From Antedon mediterranea (taxonomy: Eukaryota > Animalia > Echinodermata): a stretch of DNA of 64,000 nucleotides. Numbering within the stretch: position 1 is the first letter of the stretch; every line of letters begins with the position of its first letter. Both the position numbers and the translations under genes were made by a program. The stretch is from assembly GCF_964355755.1 (NCBI RefSeq), contig NC_092672.1, positions 22,767,237 to 22,831,236 of the forward strand. The letters run 5' to 3'. Below the pieces are notes generated by a model. The model did not search any database. It saw only the letters and a list, made by a program, of their open reading frames with translations, and was not told the origin of the DNA. This document shows positions 13,418 through 27,390 of the stretch, piece by piece.

Positions 13418-13532
13418 GTTCATAACTGGGCAGCAGTGCCTCTTGTGGTTGTTACCTTACCACAAAGGCAGAAATAGCAAAGCATTGAAGAAGACTGCTC
13501 ATAAAAGTGTGCCGTACAGACAACATAGTACG
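13418..13532 (+). other. Candidate 5'UTR exon of gene 2
   Basis: Strong ttttattttgcAG acceptor and ACG|GTATGT donor around a 115-bp GC-richer block. Confidence 0.4.
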
Positions 13533-14329
13533 GTATGTTTTTGCTATAGGTCTACAGTATAGCAATGATTTTCTATTGAAACTTGTTTTAATGATACTTG
13601 TATGATTGATATTATGTCTATTAAGTTTCCATATACTACACTTAACAACTTCTTGTGTTTTGTACTACAATTCCAAAGGAAATCATGTGTAGGAGTTTTG
13701 TAAATGAATTGTAAGAATTCTAAAGTGAAATTCAATAGAATACTTGTGTATTGTGCTTCTATATTTAATAAGTGCATAGACCGTGGACACGTTTTTGTGA
13801 TATCATAGTTAGGTACTATTCATTGTGAATACTAATAAAAGAAATATACTCTAAAGAGTTAGACAGTTGGTGCTATGAATTGATTGAATTCAGACAACTA
13901 GAAAGTCAGTCCAGTTATTGTGAATTACCAGATTATTCCATTTTAACCAATAATAATGTAAGTTTGCAATGTAGATGTTATGTAAGTACAGTAAGAAATA
14001 CAGTATATTGCTGATTTTTCAATTTTATAAATTTGATTAATATTAGTTTATAATTTTGATTATTAAGAGTAAGAGTTTTAAGGAAGAAGGAAGCTAAAAT
14101 AAGCTGGTTGAGAATTGAAATGTTTGGATACAAGAGAAGAAAATTAAATGGGTTGTTAAAACAGGATATGTCATTTTTTTTGTCACCAGTATGTAGATTT
14201 AGGAAGACACTTTAATATAGTCTAACTCTATTTCCTTTAACATAACATGTTTGGTAGCCTGATAAGTTTAGTAGACTTCTTAGTCAATGTAAAGAGTGGC
14301 CTACTGTATCTTTTAAGCTGCTTGGTCAG

Positions 14330-15230
14330 TTCTGTAGGTCTGTCAGTCTTTTAAACATGTAACAGGTTAGATCTAGTACACCAATTGATTCCTGTAGGTC
14401 TGTCAGTCTTTTTTAAACATTTAACAGGTTAGATCTGATATACCAATTGGTTTCTGTAGGTCTGTCAGTCTTTTAAACATGTATAACAGGTTAGATCTGA
14501 TATACCAATTGATTTCTGTAGGTCTGTCAGTCTTTTAAACATGTATAACAGGTTAGATCTGATATACCAATTGGTTTCTGTAGGTCTGTCAGTCTTTTAA
14601 ACATGTAACAGGTTAGATCTGATATACCAATTGATTTCTGTATGTCTGTCAGTCTTTTTTTTATTATGATAACAGGTTAGATCTGATATACCAATTGATT
14701 CCTGTATGTCTGTCAGTCTTGTAAACATTTATCACATTAGATCTTATATACCAATTGATTCCTGTAGGTCTGTCAGTCTTATAAACATTTAACAGGTTAG
14801 ATCTGATATACCAATTGATTTCTGTAGGTCTGTCAGTCTTTTAAACATTTAACAGGTTAAATCTGATATACCAATTGATTCCTGTAGGTCTGTCAGTCTT
14901 TTAAACATTTAACAGGTTAGATCTGATATATCAATTGATTTCTGTAGGTCTGTTAGTCTTTTAAACATTTAACAGGTTAGATCTGATATACCAATTGATT
15001 TCTGTAGGTCTGTCAGTCTTTTTTTTTTATTATGATAACAGGTTAGATCTGATATACCAATTGATTCCTGTAGGTCTGTCGGTCTTTTTTTATTATGATA
15101 ACAGGTTAGAGCTGATTTACCAAACCTACAGAAATCATTTGGTATATTAGATCTAATGTGTTAAATGTTTAAAATACTAAAAGACCTACAAAAATCAATT
15201 AATGTACTAGATCTAATGTGTTAAATGTTT
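14330..15230. repeat. About 60-bp minisatellite, about 13 copies, followed by about 2 inverted copies
   Basis: ctgtaggtctgtcagtcttttaaacatttaacaggttagatctgatataccaattgatt; from about 15122 the reverse complement acctacagaaatc...agatctaatgtgttaaatgttt appears. Confidence 0.93.
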
Positions 15231-17084
15231 TATTATTTTTTCTGTCTAAACTTGCAGTCCTCTAGTTACCATACTGAGAATTTTCCTCAAGTAGTAATTA
15301 AATTAAAATACTATTTATTTTTTTGGCTTAAATAGCAATTATTTGCTAATAAAAACTGGGCTAAACTTGTTTCCCTTTAGTACTTTTTAGGGGTTTTATA
15401 GAAATTTAATAACAGAATTCTAAAGAAAATTCCACAGAGTATTGTGAATTGTACAAGTGCATAGACCATGCAAAAGTTGTTGTGACATCATAGCTAAAGT
15501 CAATAAGCATATTATGTGAATGAACACTAAATATGAAAATAGACTGAGGAGTGGTAGGCAGTTGGTGCTACAAATTGGTTGAATTGGTAAAGTCAGTATT
15601 ATAAGTTATCAAGATTTCTAGTCCAAGTTGAGTCCATAATTTGTAAGTTTGCACTGTAGTTCATATTAAAGCAAGAAATACTACCCTAACTATTATCAGA
15701 TTAATTTATTTACAAATCTGATTTGTAATTTACAGTGTAGTATGGAAGGCTGCAATGAGTAGGTTTGAAAATAAACACTGAAATACTGGATTTGGATCAG
15801 AATGCAAACCATTTTTGTAAATGTAAAAATTACACAATTGTGGGATGGTGTTAAGAGTATGGGAGGGGCATGTGCTTTCACCCCTAATTAGGAATGTCAG
15901 AGCCTAAAATCTGGGCAATCCCTAGGCTTTATTGTTTTTTATCCAGTCACCATGCATACAGATTTATGAAGCCAATTAAATTGGACAGAAAAGTATGAGT
16001 CAAATGTAAAATTGTCATATTAAACATTTTTTTGAACGGCAACAGATTCTATGTAAAAGATGCCGAGATTGAATTCATTTTCTTAATTTTGTTTTTCTCT
16101 TTTGTTGGGGCAGTCCCCCTTTTATTGCACATATTATGATAAACAATATGATAAAAGTTATATCTATCTATCAATGGATATTTATGTTATACATTTTTTA
16201 CTGCACTTTTAAATTTTGGCCTATAGGCCTATAACACACACAAATTCCTATTAGGGAGTGCATTAATTGTCTCTTTTATCATAATTAACCTTAAAATGCA
16301 CATTTAATGTTTTTAAAGTTATACTGTATATATGCATTATTTTTACAAAACGTCAACAATTGCAGATCTAGTGTCTTTGACCAATATTAAAACCGATGTT
16401 GTAATTTCATGAATTAAGTCATAGATTGTATACCTTCCAAAACTCCTAAGCGTCAGAATCATTTTTTTGTTAGGTCGTTTTCTGACTTAGTGTATTTATT
16501 ATTATTATCAAGCAAAGTAAGAATGCAGTGGCGCACTCTCCGCATCTCATTCGTAACGATTTGTACAGAGGACACCGTCATACAACCGTGGCCCCTAGGC
16601 CTACCTATTGTTTAGCTGACAGTCAGTAAGCATAAATAAAAGTGTATATACGTCAAAAATGGAACGCCTTGGTTACCTACAGATCATCATCATAGAGGAT
16701 ATGTTAATAATAATATAGTACACTAACTGTGGTAACTGTGTACTGTAGTATACATTATAGCAACCTATTTTTTTCAAGGCCATCCACCCAACTGTATCAA
16801 TACCTATTTATATATTTAATTTCTTCAACAAATTGATGTAAATAAATATTGAGCTATAATAAGCATTAAATTTTGCGCTTTTTTCGGGGCTTCCCCTAGA
16901 TGTACGTTCACAATGAACTTGAACGCAACGCAATAAAAACTAAATACTGAGTGAATGAAATCGGCAACAAAATGTTATATCGTCCTGCAATTAGTCATGT
17001 GTGTTTATTGGAGGGGAAAAGTATGATTGTTTTGCTCATTGGTAGCATGCTACTGTACATATGAGAGTGTCTTTTCCTGCAAAT

Positions 17085-17390
17085 TAGAGGTGCCATTTAT
17101 CATGAATTTTATGTGCGAGAGTACCATTTCCAGCCATCTAGGGTGTCATTTAACATTTTAAGTTCGCTTCGCCATAGGTCCTGTCGACGGCCCTGGACAA
17201 GCACCTTTTTCCACCATGTGCAAACGCTAACTTGCTCGAAGCGCCCTGTTGTGACGGAAATTGGGGAAAATGTCACCCTTTAGTAGGCTAGTACCTCAAC
17301 TCATCCCCAACCAAGGTAGGGCTGAGTTAGTGTGGACTCTCTACAGTTGCGCCCCCTCCCCCCTTTCACAAAATCCTCGATCCGCCCCTG
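17085..17390. mobile_element. Dispersed hAT-like MITE remnant (second copy at about 35321-35485)
   Basis: ggtgccatttatcat...aatttta(t/c)gtgcgaga...gtgtcatttaaca shared by both copies; both end in gatccgccc(c/t)tg. Confidence 0.6.
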
Positions 17391-18362
17391 GAATGCATTA
17401 ATTAATTTATTAATAGTAAAAGCCAAAGTTGTTTTTCGAAATGCTTATTGGCTGATTCAGCAGCTGGTTATTTAATGTATACGTTTTAGTTTTACTTTGT
17501 TGTTTGTAGGTATAGTAATCATTTTGACATACTGTATATCATTTATTTGAATGGGTACATACAGCACAACTTCATTAACTGTATTAATAGTTCATAGTAC
17601 ACAACTGTATTAATAGTTCATAGTACACAACTGTATTAATAATTCATATGATCATTTTCTTTGGTTTTGCCTGTAAACATTCAGTTGGTTTGGTTTTGTC
17701 TTGTCTCTGATTATTAACTACTAATGCCTTGTTTAATAATGGATTTATTCAATACCTAATTACATAGAGTAAGAAAATTACTGTTACCATCTTTTTTTAT
17801 TTTATAATTGCATTATACTGTATTTGGTTTTATAGTCAAACCTGTTTCAAGATCATTATTCATCATGCATACAGATTTACGAAATGTAAAATTGTCTTAA
17901 TAAAAATGCTAAAGTAATTTTTGTGTATTTCTTGAAACACATAAAACGGTTATGTTTTTTAAAGAAACCTATGTTGGATCGCATTGTACTTTATTTCCTT
18001 GCGCCTGTTTTAAACTGTACATGAGACAGTATGCGTTTGTAGTTCTAATCAACTATATGATAAAACAAGGACAACCTATGGTGTAAATTTTACAGAATAT
18101 ATTGAATTGCCCTGGTTATCAGATAAAAGTGTTGGTCTTTTGTACAACAATTTGCATTCAAGTATTAATATAGAAAAAGCATTATATATTTTAGATTTGT
18201 TTGTATTTCAGCATTACCTACTTGTAGAGCTAGAGTTAATATATTATTAATTGATAGAGGACGTATTGGTTACGTTGAGGAAAGTGTTGATAGATGAGAC
18301 ATTGGATTTACTCAACATCATGTTCAGTACTTTTAGTCCTAGTACTGTATTTATATTGATTA

Positions 18363-18763
18363 CTGTCAAAATTAGTGGAAGGGATAGTATTTAGGTTGAG
18401 TTTAAAGCCACAATCTACAGATGATCCCAATGATTGCTTCATTCTTTGCCATTGTGATGAGCTGTCAAATTAGAGGAAGGGATAGTATTTAGGTTGAGTT
18501 TAAAGCCACAATCTGCAGATGATCCCAATGATTGCTTCATTCTTTGCCATTGTGATGAGCTGTCAAAATTAGAGGAAGGGAAAGTATTTAGGTTGAGTTT
18601 AAAGCCACAATCTGCAGATGATCCCAATGATTGCTTCATTCTTTGCCATTGTGATGAGCTGTCAAAATTAGAGGAAGGGAAAGTATTTAGGTTGAGTTTA
18701 AAGCCACAATCTGCAGATGATCCCAATGATTGCTTCATTCTTTGCCATTGTGATGAGCTGTCA
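18363..18763. repeat. 99-bp tandem repeat x4
   Basis: ctgtca recurs at 18363, 18462, 18560, 18659, 18758. Confidence 0.95.
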
Positions 18764-18980
18764 CACAAGTTTCTTTTTATCATTAAGTATCTACCACTAG
18801 TATTCAAATAACTCATAATATTATCATCATGTTTTTATGTCTGTGAAAAGAAGCTGTGTATTTATTAATGCAGTTTACTTTAATATAAAATATTTTTATT
18901 TGAATTGAAAAATTGTTTTTTTTATAACTTAAATAAGCATTATACATTGTTTTTGTATTTTCTTTCAGTTTAGCAATACA

Positions 18981-19031
18981 ATGGTTCTCCATGGAAGGCT
19001 GGTTAATCTTTGTGCAAAAAATGGTCTTGAG
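18981..19031 (+). CDS. Gene 2 first coding exon (MVLHGRLVNLCAKNGLE)
   Basis: tttctttcAG acceptor at 18967-68, acaATGG start context, GAG|GTAGGC donor, phase 0. Confidence 0.65.
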
Positions 19032-19803
19032 GTAGGCAAGTTTACACTGTTTTAGGATAATAGCATTTATTTAGTATAATAGTATTTATATTTAAGTGTG
19101 TATGTATTATTTTTCACTGTAAACTTGTTGCACATCTCATTGAGACTGTGCCTCTGATTTAAAAGAGATACAATAAAAGTTCAGTTCAGTTCAGCATTTA
19201 ACCAGCAACAATTATAGCAATGCTATCACAAACAACTTAATAAATTGTTCTATTAGCTTATGATCTGGAATCAAAAGAGAACTAAAACAAGTAACTAAAT
19301 AAATTAAATAGTGACAACAAATTACAGTAATACAATGAACAAAATAATCACTGTAGTGCTTCTATGCTGTTGGCTCATTTGATGTGATTGTTTTGCTTTA
19401 ATTATTTTACCAGCATAATACATCAACACATTAACATACAATACAACATAGAGATGAAAAATGCTGGGCAGGGGCAACTTAAGTAAAATACATTGCTGTA
19501 AATCAAGTCAGCCAGCTACCCCTCATACAAAAATAAATATAAACAAAATAATTAAATACAAATTTCATTAACATTTTTCTATAAAAATATGTCTACAAAA
19601 TTAATGTAAATACAAAATTTAAGACAAGAAGAAAAAAAACTTATTTATTTGGGCAATCTAATATATTATGATAATATTATAATATAATGGCTGTAATTTA
19701 ATACAACATGGAATGTATTTTGTTGTCTATGTTTACTATAGTATATGTATTTTTAAGAAAAATGTAACTGAATGCATATTGATCTATATGTTTTATTTCA
19801 TAG

Positions 19804-19878
19804 ATTGCAGGGGAAAAAACTGCTGAAGAAATTTGCCATTTCATTGTTAGCAACAATGCTGTCAACATCCAAGACCAG
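19804..19878 (+). CDS. Gene 2 exon, degenerate N-terminal ankyrin half repeat
   Basis: tttcatAG|ATT...CAG|GTATAC; IAGEKTAEEICHFIVSNNAVNIQDQ resembles ankyrin helix 2 plus VNxxD. Confidence 0.75.
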
Positions 19879-20647
19879 GTATACATCAATTTGTTTTCCT
19901 TTGTAATGAATTTGATAATACAACATTAAATTACTTGACACTAATTAAAGTACATCAATAATTGTTCTCTGGTTGCATATTTGCAGTTAACATTCACACT
20001 GATTGTTAAAAGCATCATACTTTTTTTTTCTCAACATAATTGTTTCATCTCTTAAGCAGTTTTAGTGTTAAAAAGTATATTGTGTGTTTATATCTTATCT
20101 TAGCTGTATGTTAGATGGTTTGTATATTGTGTGTTTATATCTTACCTTAGCTGTATGTTAGATGGTTTGTCAATATAATTTAGTACATTAGTCTTTCAGT
20201 ACAATTTGCTTAGACAATTTGATTGGCTAATACCGGATTTGAATAATGGCTTGGTAACTCAATCCCCTGTAATTGTAATTAATTTGAGAATCTGAACAAT
20301 GATATAATTATTCATCTGTTGGACAAATAACTAAATAAACTTTTATTAACATAGAGTAGTAGAAATATATACTTTTCATTTATTAAACTTTATCACTGAA
20401 AAAAAAATACAAGGCACAAGGCAGTGAAAAATAAGTGATGAACAGGTGGCAATCACATCTATCCACGTTTAACCTTTGAACAGATAACAAAACATAAAAA
20501 CACAAACATATAGGCCCTTAAATAATTTCTTACCCTACTACATGTACCAATTTAACTCAGCACCATTTTTATTCAAGTTAAACACAGTGAAATTCTTTGG
20601 TTTAATGAAAAATATTTCCAGGAAAAATGTATAAATACATTAATTAT

Positions 20648-20815
20648 TATATTCCAAGTTTCCTGGACTTTCTGCATTCTCACTCATGATGACGATCAAA
20701 GTATACTGAGAGAAACGTCGAGAAACTCAACAGTTCTTTTCAGAACTAATATACGTAGTGTACCGCAAACTTTATATCAACATTCGATTTCGCCATGCAA
20801 ACCTTCAAACAATAT
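20648..20815 (+). mobile_element. Solo Penelope-type pLTR or retrozyme remnant with a decayed hammerhead
   Basis: ctc-ATGATGAC-gatca...tga-gaGAAACGTC-gag; flanked by the 12-bp direct repeat tacattaattat (20636, 20816). Confidence 0.55.
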
Positions 20816-22333
20816 TACATTAATTATGTTGTTACAATTCATGATAAAAGTACAATTGGGCCCAAAACGATTGAACTGAATGTGATTTTGTGCGTCCCGA
20901 AAAACCCAGCCGAAGCATGTGATTGGTCAGTCATTTTTCTGTCATGATATAATATTTATAACCATCATCTCTCAACAATCTCTCGATCTCACGCTCAGCA
21001 GTGACTTTGACATCGGACACTCAGTATATTCGATCGATTTAAACATGGTCAATAGAAGTAAAATGATCAAAAAATCTGCTATAATTGATAATTAATTGCA
21101 CGATTTTGGAAGTAGGGCCTTTGTTTTTTAAGGTGGGGTGTTCGCTGGTAAAAGGGGGTTCGCGCAAAAGGTGGGGGGGGGGGGGGGTGGTTCGCCCGAA
21201 CCCCAAAAAACCCTCTGGCTACGGGCCTGGATATAAGTAGGCTACGAAAGTTGTTATTTGATCATTTTGTTCCAAAATAAACAAGATGTTTTTGTCATGA
21301 TTTATTGTGATACAGATGTTAAAGCACCGCTCACTCTGTCACCCACTTGATAAACTAATAACGGTTTCCTCCTATGTGTATCGTTCAGATAATAATATAA
21401 TATATATTTATGTGACATACTGTTCTTTACTATTATATTATTTGCATCTTACGTTTTTATGATTAGTACCAATTGTTGTAAAGTGTTTACATCATTACAG
21501 GAGAATTAATGTACATTTCGTTTACAAATAATTAAATATATTGAGTAACTTTTCATTACCCTGGAAGTGATATTTTTGGCGTACATAATTTACAGACCAC
21601 AATAAAACATCACAGAATCAAGATGCATACTCATCAGTCATATGCATAGGTGTCACCCGGGCTTCAATTTCCAGAGGCGTTGGCCATGTTTTCGTTTCAA
21701 AGACGTTTATATTATCCTCATCCTGTAGATACTGAAATTGTTACATATACTCAAAGTGCAGTCGTTTCAGTACATATTAGACAATGGGCTGTTCTGAATG
21801 ATTTTAATCTTCATGTTTCATGTTTTTGAGGGACAATACATCTTTAAAGTATCTCAATTATAAATACAGAACATGGGATAATTTAACTATACTTCATTCT
21901 AATACTATTGACAAAAAATGAATATTATGGATAATCATTAAACTGGACTGACAATACTGAAAAATAAAAATTGTTATATTTTTTTTAGCTCTAATCTCTA
22001 AAATGTTATATTAATCCTCAAAAGACAGTAAAAATAATGGCAGTATGAATTGTATTTTCACTTTAAATCAACTTTTAGACAATTACAAAGCTGTATTTTG
22101 TATGGAGACAATTAAATGGTTATGGTAATTTTCAACATTTTAGTGATTTACTAAAATGTATGCTTGGTTACATAATATAGGCTACAAAATGTTTATTATG
22201 TTATAAAAATAATAATTCAGTTGTTTGATGGAAAATAAGTTTGTTAAGATGAATTGACCAGAACATAGGATAGCTCAGTCACTTTGCAGGTTTAACACAA
22301 TTCTAACATTTTAATGTTTTAATATTTCAATAG

Positions 22334-22432
22334 GATGGTAAATCAGCATTGGCTTGGGCTGCATTATATGGTAATTTAAACATATGCCAAATATTGGTGG
22401 GTGCTGGAGCTAAAGTGAACCTCCAAAATAAA
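22334..22432 (+). CDS. Gene 2 ankyrin-repeat exon A
   Basis: AG|...|GTAAGT, exactly 99 bp, phase 0; DGKSALAWAALYGNLNICQILVGAGAKVNLQNK. Confidence 0.92.
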
Positions 22433-25240
22433 GTAAGTCATTTTATATTATTTAACATTTCAAACAAGTAAAAGTGAATGTAATACTAATTCACTGCATA
22501 TTTTGACAGAGCCTACATTATTGTAAGAATAGGCAGAGTAGTATCAATAGTAACATGTTTACTATTCCCTGATATGTATAACTACAGATATCAAAATGAT
22601 TACAAGTCTGTACATTAAAACTATAGTTTAAAAAAATTACACTATTTGTTGTATTTAAACATTTGTTCTACCAAACATACTGTAGTTGTGCAAGGAATGT
22701 TTATATAGCAATGTATGAATTTAATTATTAAACATTTAAATGTCTCCAAATAATAAGAGGAAAGATATGATTCAAGGTTTATGTCTTTATTGGTCATCAG
22801 GGAAACAATACTAATTCAATTAAAGTATGCAATTGAGGAAAGATAAACAAAGTAATTAAATATATGTAATAGTAATACCTGTACCTTGATTTTACTTTTA
22901 GATCTAAAATATTTTATTCTTAAAATCTATTTTTTAATATCTATTTTTTAATTGAGCACTTTATACCTTAGAAACTTAGACTGGGCAAATTTTATACACA
23001 AATAGTTTTTTTTTATAGATTATTTTTGGGCAGCAGAAACGTCGCAAAATTAAATAACCTATTAAAAATAACGGATTAAAAACACTCAATCCATTGCATG
23101 TTTTAACCGATTATTTCATGTTTTAACCGATTATTGTGGAGCAGTTTTGAGCTGCAACACAAATAGCGATTATTGACCACACTTTGTCCTCTAGAGTATG
23201 GCAAGCCTCACTCACAGAGCATGCTGTTTATTTGCGCGATCGACGACGATCAACAAAACAATGATGTGGACCGAACATTTGATTGTTATTATTTTGTGGG
23301 GGAAAATTATACCGAGAGGATTCTGCATTACAAGTACACCGTTACATATCCCACCCAGTCCAGGCTAACAGTGTTTTGCATGTCCTTTTTTAGGCCTGTT
23401 GTTTTCGGTAGAAATTATATCTCAGCTACTAGGCTTAAGGCTAGGCAGAGTAGAACCAACAACGAAACAAACTTTCTCGCCGACATGCCCTTATTAATAC
23501 ATCATTATTCTGTTGTATGTGGTACGGTAGTAGGCCTAGATGTTTATTTTACAAATAATATAGCTTTACGTAAGAGTTCAATTTTTACTTTTTAATCCTA
23601 CATGTGAGAGTTTTAGGCAGCGATACTGTAGGATGTAAACAAACCAACTCTCATCGGCCTTCCATAACTTGAACTGCGTTGTGGGAATTGATGACATGAT
23701 TGATAAAAAGCGATTACCAGATAACCGATTAACGTTGGAGAACATTTTCAGTTACAATGCAATCAATTCTGTGGTTTGTGGTACTTAGGAAAAATCGATT
23801 ATTTTAATTTTTTCAGCAAAAACAGACCCTAAAAAATTTACAATTTGTTGCTGATGCACTATAGTATATTACAAACAAAATTTACCTCTCTTGATAATCA
23901 GAGGAGTTTCTTGATATTTCATGTTTTTCCGTAAAAAAAAAAAAAGATTTCTGATTTTTTGGATAATTCAAAAAATGTCCTGACAATGTATATTTCTACT
24001 ACTAGTATGAGAATAGATATAGATAAGATAATAGAAAACAAGAATATTGACTTTTAAGATATTTATAGTAAACTACTTTACTTAATAGGGCCCGGGACAA
24101 TACAGTCATTCAGCGTTTGGGTAACAAACTCGCATGATGAATATACATGTGGTAAATTCTTACCAGAGGGGTACATGTACATCAAATGGAATTTCACAAC
24201 AGTCGTTCGGTGTTCGGGCAACAAACTCGCATGATGAATATACACGTGGTATGCCAGAGTGCGTGAAATTGTAATTATTTCTACTTATTTGTCTATATTA
24301 CACGAAAATAACGTTTAAATCCTGTTTAAAAAAATTGTTTTCATTCAGTTTGCCGACGACATTTTTTTTTGGCTTTGATATGAAATATGAATCAATATCT
24401 TTACGATTGACGATTTAGAGACGCTTATCAGCATGTTAACGCAGGTTTCAATCGTGACTTGATTCGTGTTAATGCAAATTGGCGTGAAGATAGTAGGTAA
24501 TGCAACGATACGATTTACTGTCACTCTCGCTTGCGATCAAAATAGGCATAGCATCAGGTAAATTTCGGTTAGTTGTACATTTTGCCAGAGACATGATTAT
24601 TGTATGCGTTTGTGTCGTTTGGAATAATTTGTTGATCACAGCCATGAACTTTTATTGACCCAAATCAATGCACATGTTTACCAACCGCTGAACGAGCACA
24701 TTGTTTGTGTTACGCATTCATCGTCCTCCATTTGTTTTTGGTTAATTCGTGTACCCCAAAAATGACAGTTCGTCGTTATCGAGTCAGTATTAGGCCTAAC
24801 GTTTATTTTCCAATAAATACATTTTCCAAATATCGAAAGCGCATTTATATCAATAAAACATCAATTAGTTAGTTTTATAGAATAATACATCCACTGTAAA
24901 AAAACCTTGTTTGTGGGTTTCCGGCCGTTGTGTGCATAAACTTGTATACGCAGATATTTATATACTTTCTTTGCAAGTATGCCACTGTTTTAAAAGTCTA
25001 GATTTCCAAATAAATTTTTATTAATAATTCATTTTTTGTACTGTAGTATGTATTTAAGTGTATGTTAAGTAATAATTCATGTTTTGACCTAAACAATGAT
25101 AAGCTAGGCCTAGTCTTAGATTTGTTGGTTCTGTGAAATGATACCAAGGTTGGTTAACAACATAGGCGGTAATACGCATTTTCTATGTATTGTTTCACCA
25201 TACAAAAAAACAAGCAATACAGACGGGTTTTAATCACACA

Positions 25241-25791
25241 TACCCCTTTCACACCAAAAGCAAAACTCCAGAGACACACCGGAGTTGACGCCCCGGTGTT
25301 TTGGTATGAAAGGTAAAATCAAGCAACTTTAAGTTTAAAACTGTGGAACATTCTCCGGAGAGCGAACTGTGAAAGGTACTGTACCAACATAAAACTCTGC
25401 GGGGACACCCCGGTGTTTTTAGGTCAAAAGGTCATTCTCACACGATCACTCATTGAATTAGTATTATTTCAAAATACTTTATTTTAATATTTGTAAAAAA
25501 TATATAGCGGGTCTAGAAAATAATAAGTAGTATCAATAAAACATTATATAACTTCTGAGACTTTTGAAAATAATTATTAAATTAAAAATATTGTCAATTA
25601 AAATGATTCTAATGATTTTCGCTATGTAAACAAACAAAATAGAGGGCGACATTTACAATTTCATTTTATAAACCTTGGGGTTGCTAGGTTGGTGTGAAAG
25701 GGATATCTCCAGAGTTTCTCGATATTTTGAATGGTCATAAACCCCGAGGTGTCTCCGGATATTACTCAGGAGTTTTGGTGTCAAAGGGGTA
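25241..25791. mobile_element. MITE (Harbinger-like termini)
   Basis: tacccctttcacaccaaaa ... ttttggtgtcaaaggggta inverted termini; internal gtgaaagg subrepeats. Confidence 0.75.
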
Positions 25792-25888
25792 TAAGTTGGC
25801 AACACAATTTAAGCCTGACATACTTATATATTTACATTTTTTAATAGCAGCCTTTATGGTTTGTATTTATTTTTTTCAAATTTTATAG

Positions 25889-26210
25889 CAACTTCTGTAG
25901 TTTGGCCATGCTATCCCTCCCTATATATAGGCCTAGCCTATATCAACTTCTGTAGTTTGGCCATGCTATCCCTCCCTATATATATCAACTTCTGTAGTTT
26001 GGCCATGTTATCCCTCCCTATATATATCAACTTCTGTAGTTTGGCCATGTTATCCCTCCCTATATATCAACTTCTGTAGTTTGGCCATGCTATCCCTCTC
26101 TATATATATCAACATCTGTAGCTTTGACCTTGGCCATGTTATCCCTCCCTATATATATCAACTTCTGTAGTTTGGTTATGCTATCCCTCCCTACTGTATA
26201 TACTGTATAT
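25889..26210. repeat. About 42-bp minisatellite, about 7 copies
   Basis: Unit caacttctgtagtttggccatgctatccctccctatatatat. Confidence 0.92.
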
Positions 26211-27390
26211 TTCCAAGTTGTGAAGTCTGTACATTTTGCAAATTGTACACTGAATCATTAATACAATAAAAAATAATTACCGTATTTATTTGAATAAATC
26301 TCCCTCTCCCTCATCCTGAATAAACATTCCAAATAGAACATTGTTTGAAAACTACCCCCATCCTATGCATACACACAATATTGTATTGTAACTCATTTTT
26401 ATTTGTAGTAAAATTCATTATCTTCCATGATCTACATTTACCAAATACTTTGATCTATTTTTTATTGTATTTTTTCACTATTTTATATTAATTGTGTTTT
26501 TTTCATATCTAGAGGGTATTTATTTCATTATACAGGCTACCATAAAAGAAATGAATGCCTCTTTCAAATTAACTCCTCTCTCGCAAACACGCCCTTTTAC
26601 AAACCATCTCAAACAATAAACACCCTGGGGGTTTTTAACAGTTGTTTGATTTGCTAAAGCATCGACTCATCTATGTACAGTATTATGAAACCTGCTGCAT
26701 GTTCCTTTTTTACTTTTTTAAACTGTACAATAAAGTTATAGGTGCATATTTTATTGGATACCAAATAAATTGAATAGTGAGAAAAAATAAATAAAGACCA
26801 TTTATTTTTTTTTAGAATAAATCGGCATCCTCAATATTTCTCACATTCAAAATCTACTTTGAATTATTAATTATTTATTATTATTTATTATTCCAAATTC
26901 TTCAATAGACCTACTGTTGCCAACGCTAAAGTTCTTGCAATTAACAGAACTTTTTTTTTTTGGATTTTCTAATTGTGTTATATTATTTATGTTTTATTTG
27001 TTTTGTTTTGAGGAGCCTATTCACCACAAGCTTTGCTTTCTTTTAGGCTCCTCCACTTTATATTTACAGTATATATTTGTAAAGTGAAATAAATAAATGA
27101 AATGAAAATGAAATGAACTTTCCACTTCAATTTTTTATTCATAATACAACATTTTTTTAAATCAAATGTTGTACAGTAAATGCGAGGAAAAAACAGTTTC
27201 TATTTGTTAGCTAAAATTTAAAACCCAGTGTGAGTTTGAAAGCAAAGGCTTGTTTTGTGTACTTAATATAAACTAATGTAGAAATATTACAGTGGTTCAA
27301 TCATGGAGTTAAATTTGTTCTAGAATAGTATTTCTGGAGTTTATTAAATCATCAAGTAATTTGATAAACATTTAACAATAACAATTTATT

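Noticed and set aside
18363-18816. 99-bp repeat with 33-aa periodic ORFs, the same length as an ankyrin exon and close to the start exon
   Set aside because: The translations show no ankyrin motif, one unit is 98 bp, and there are no splice sites; the length match looks coincidental
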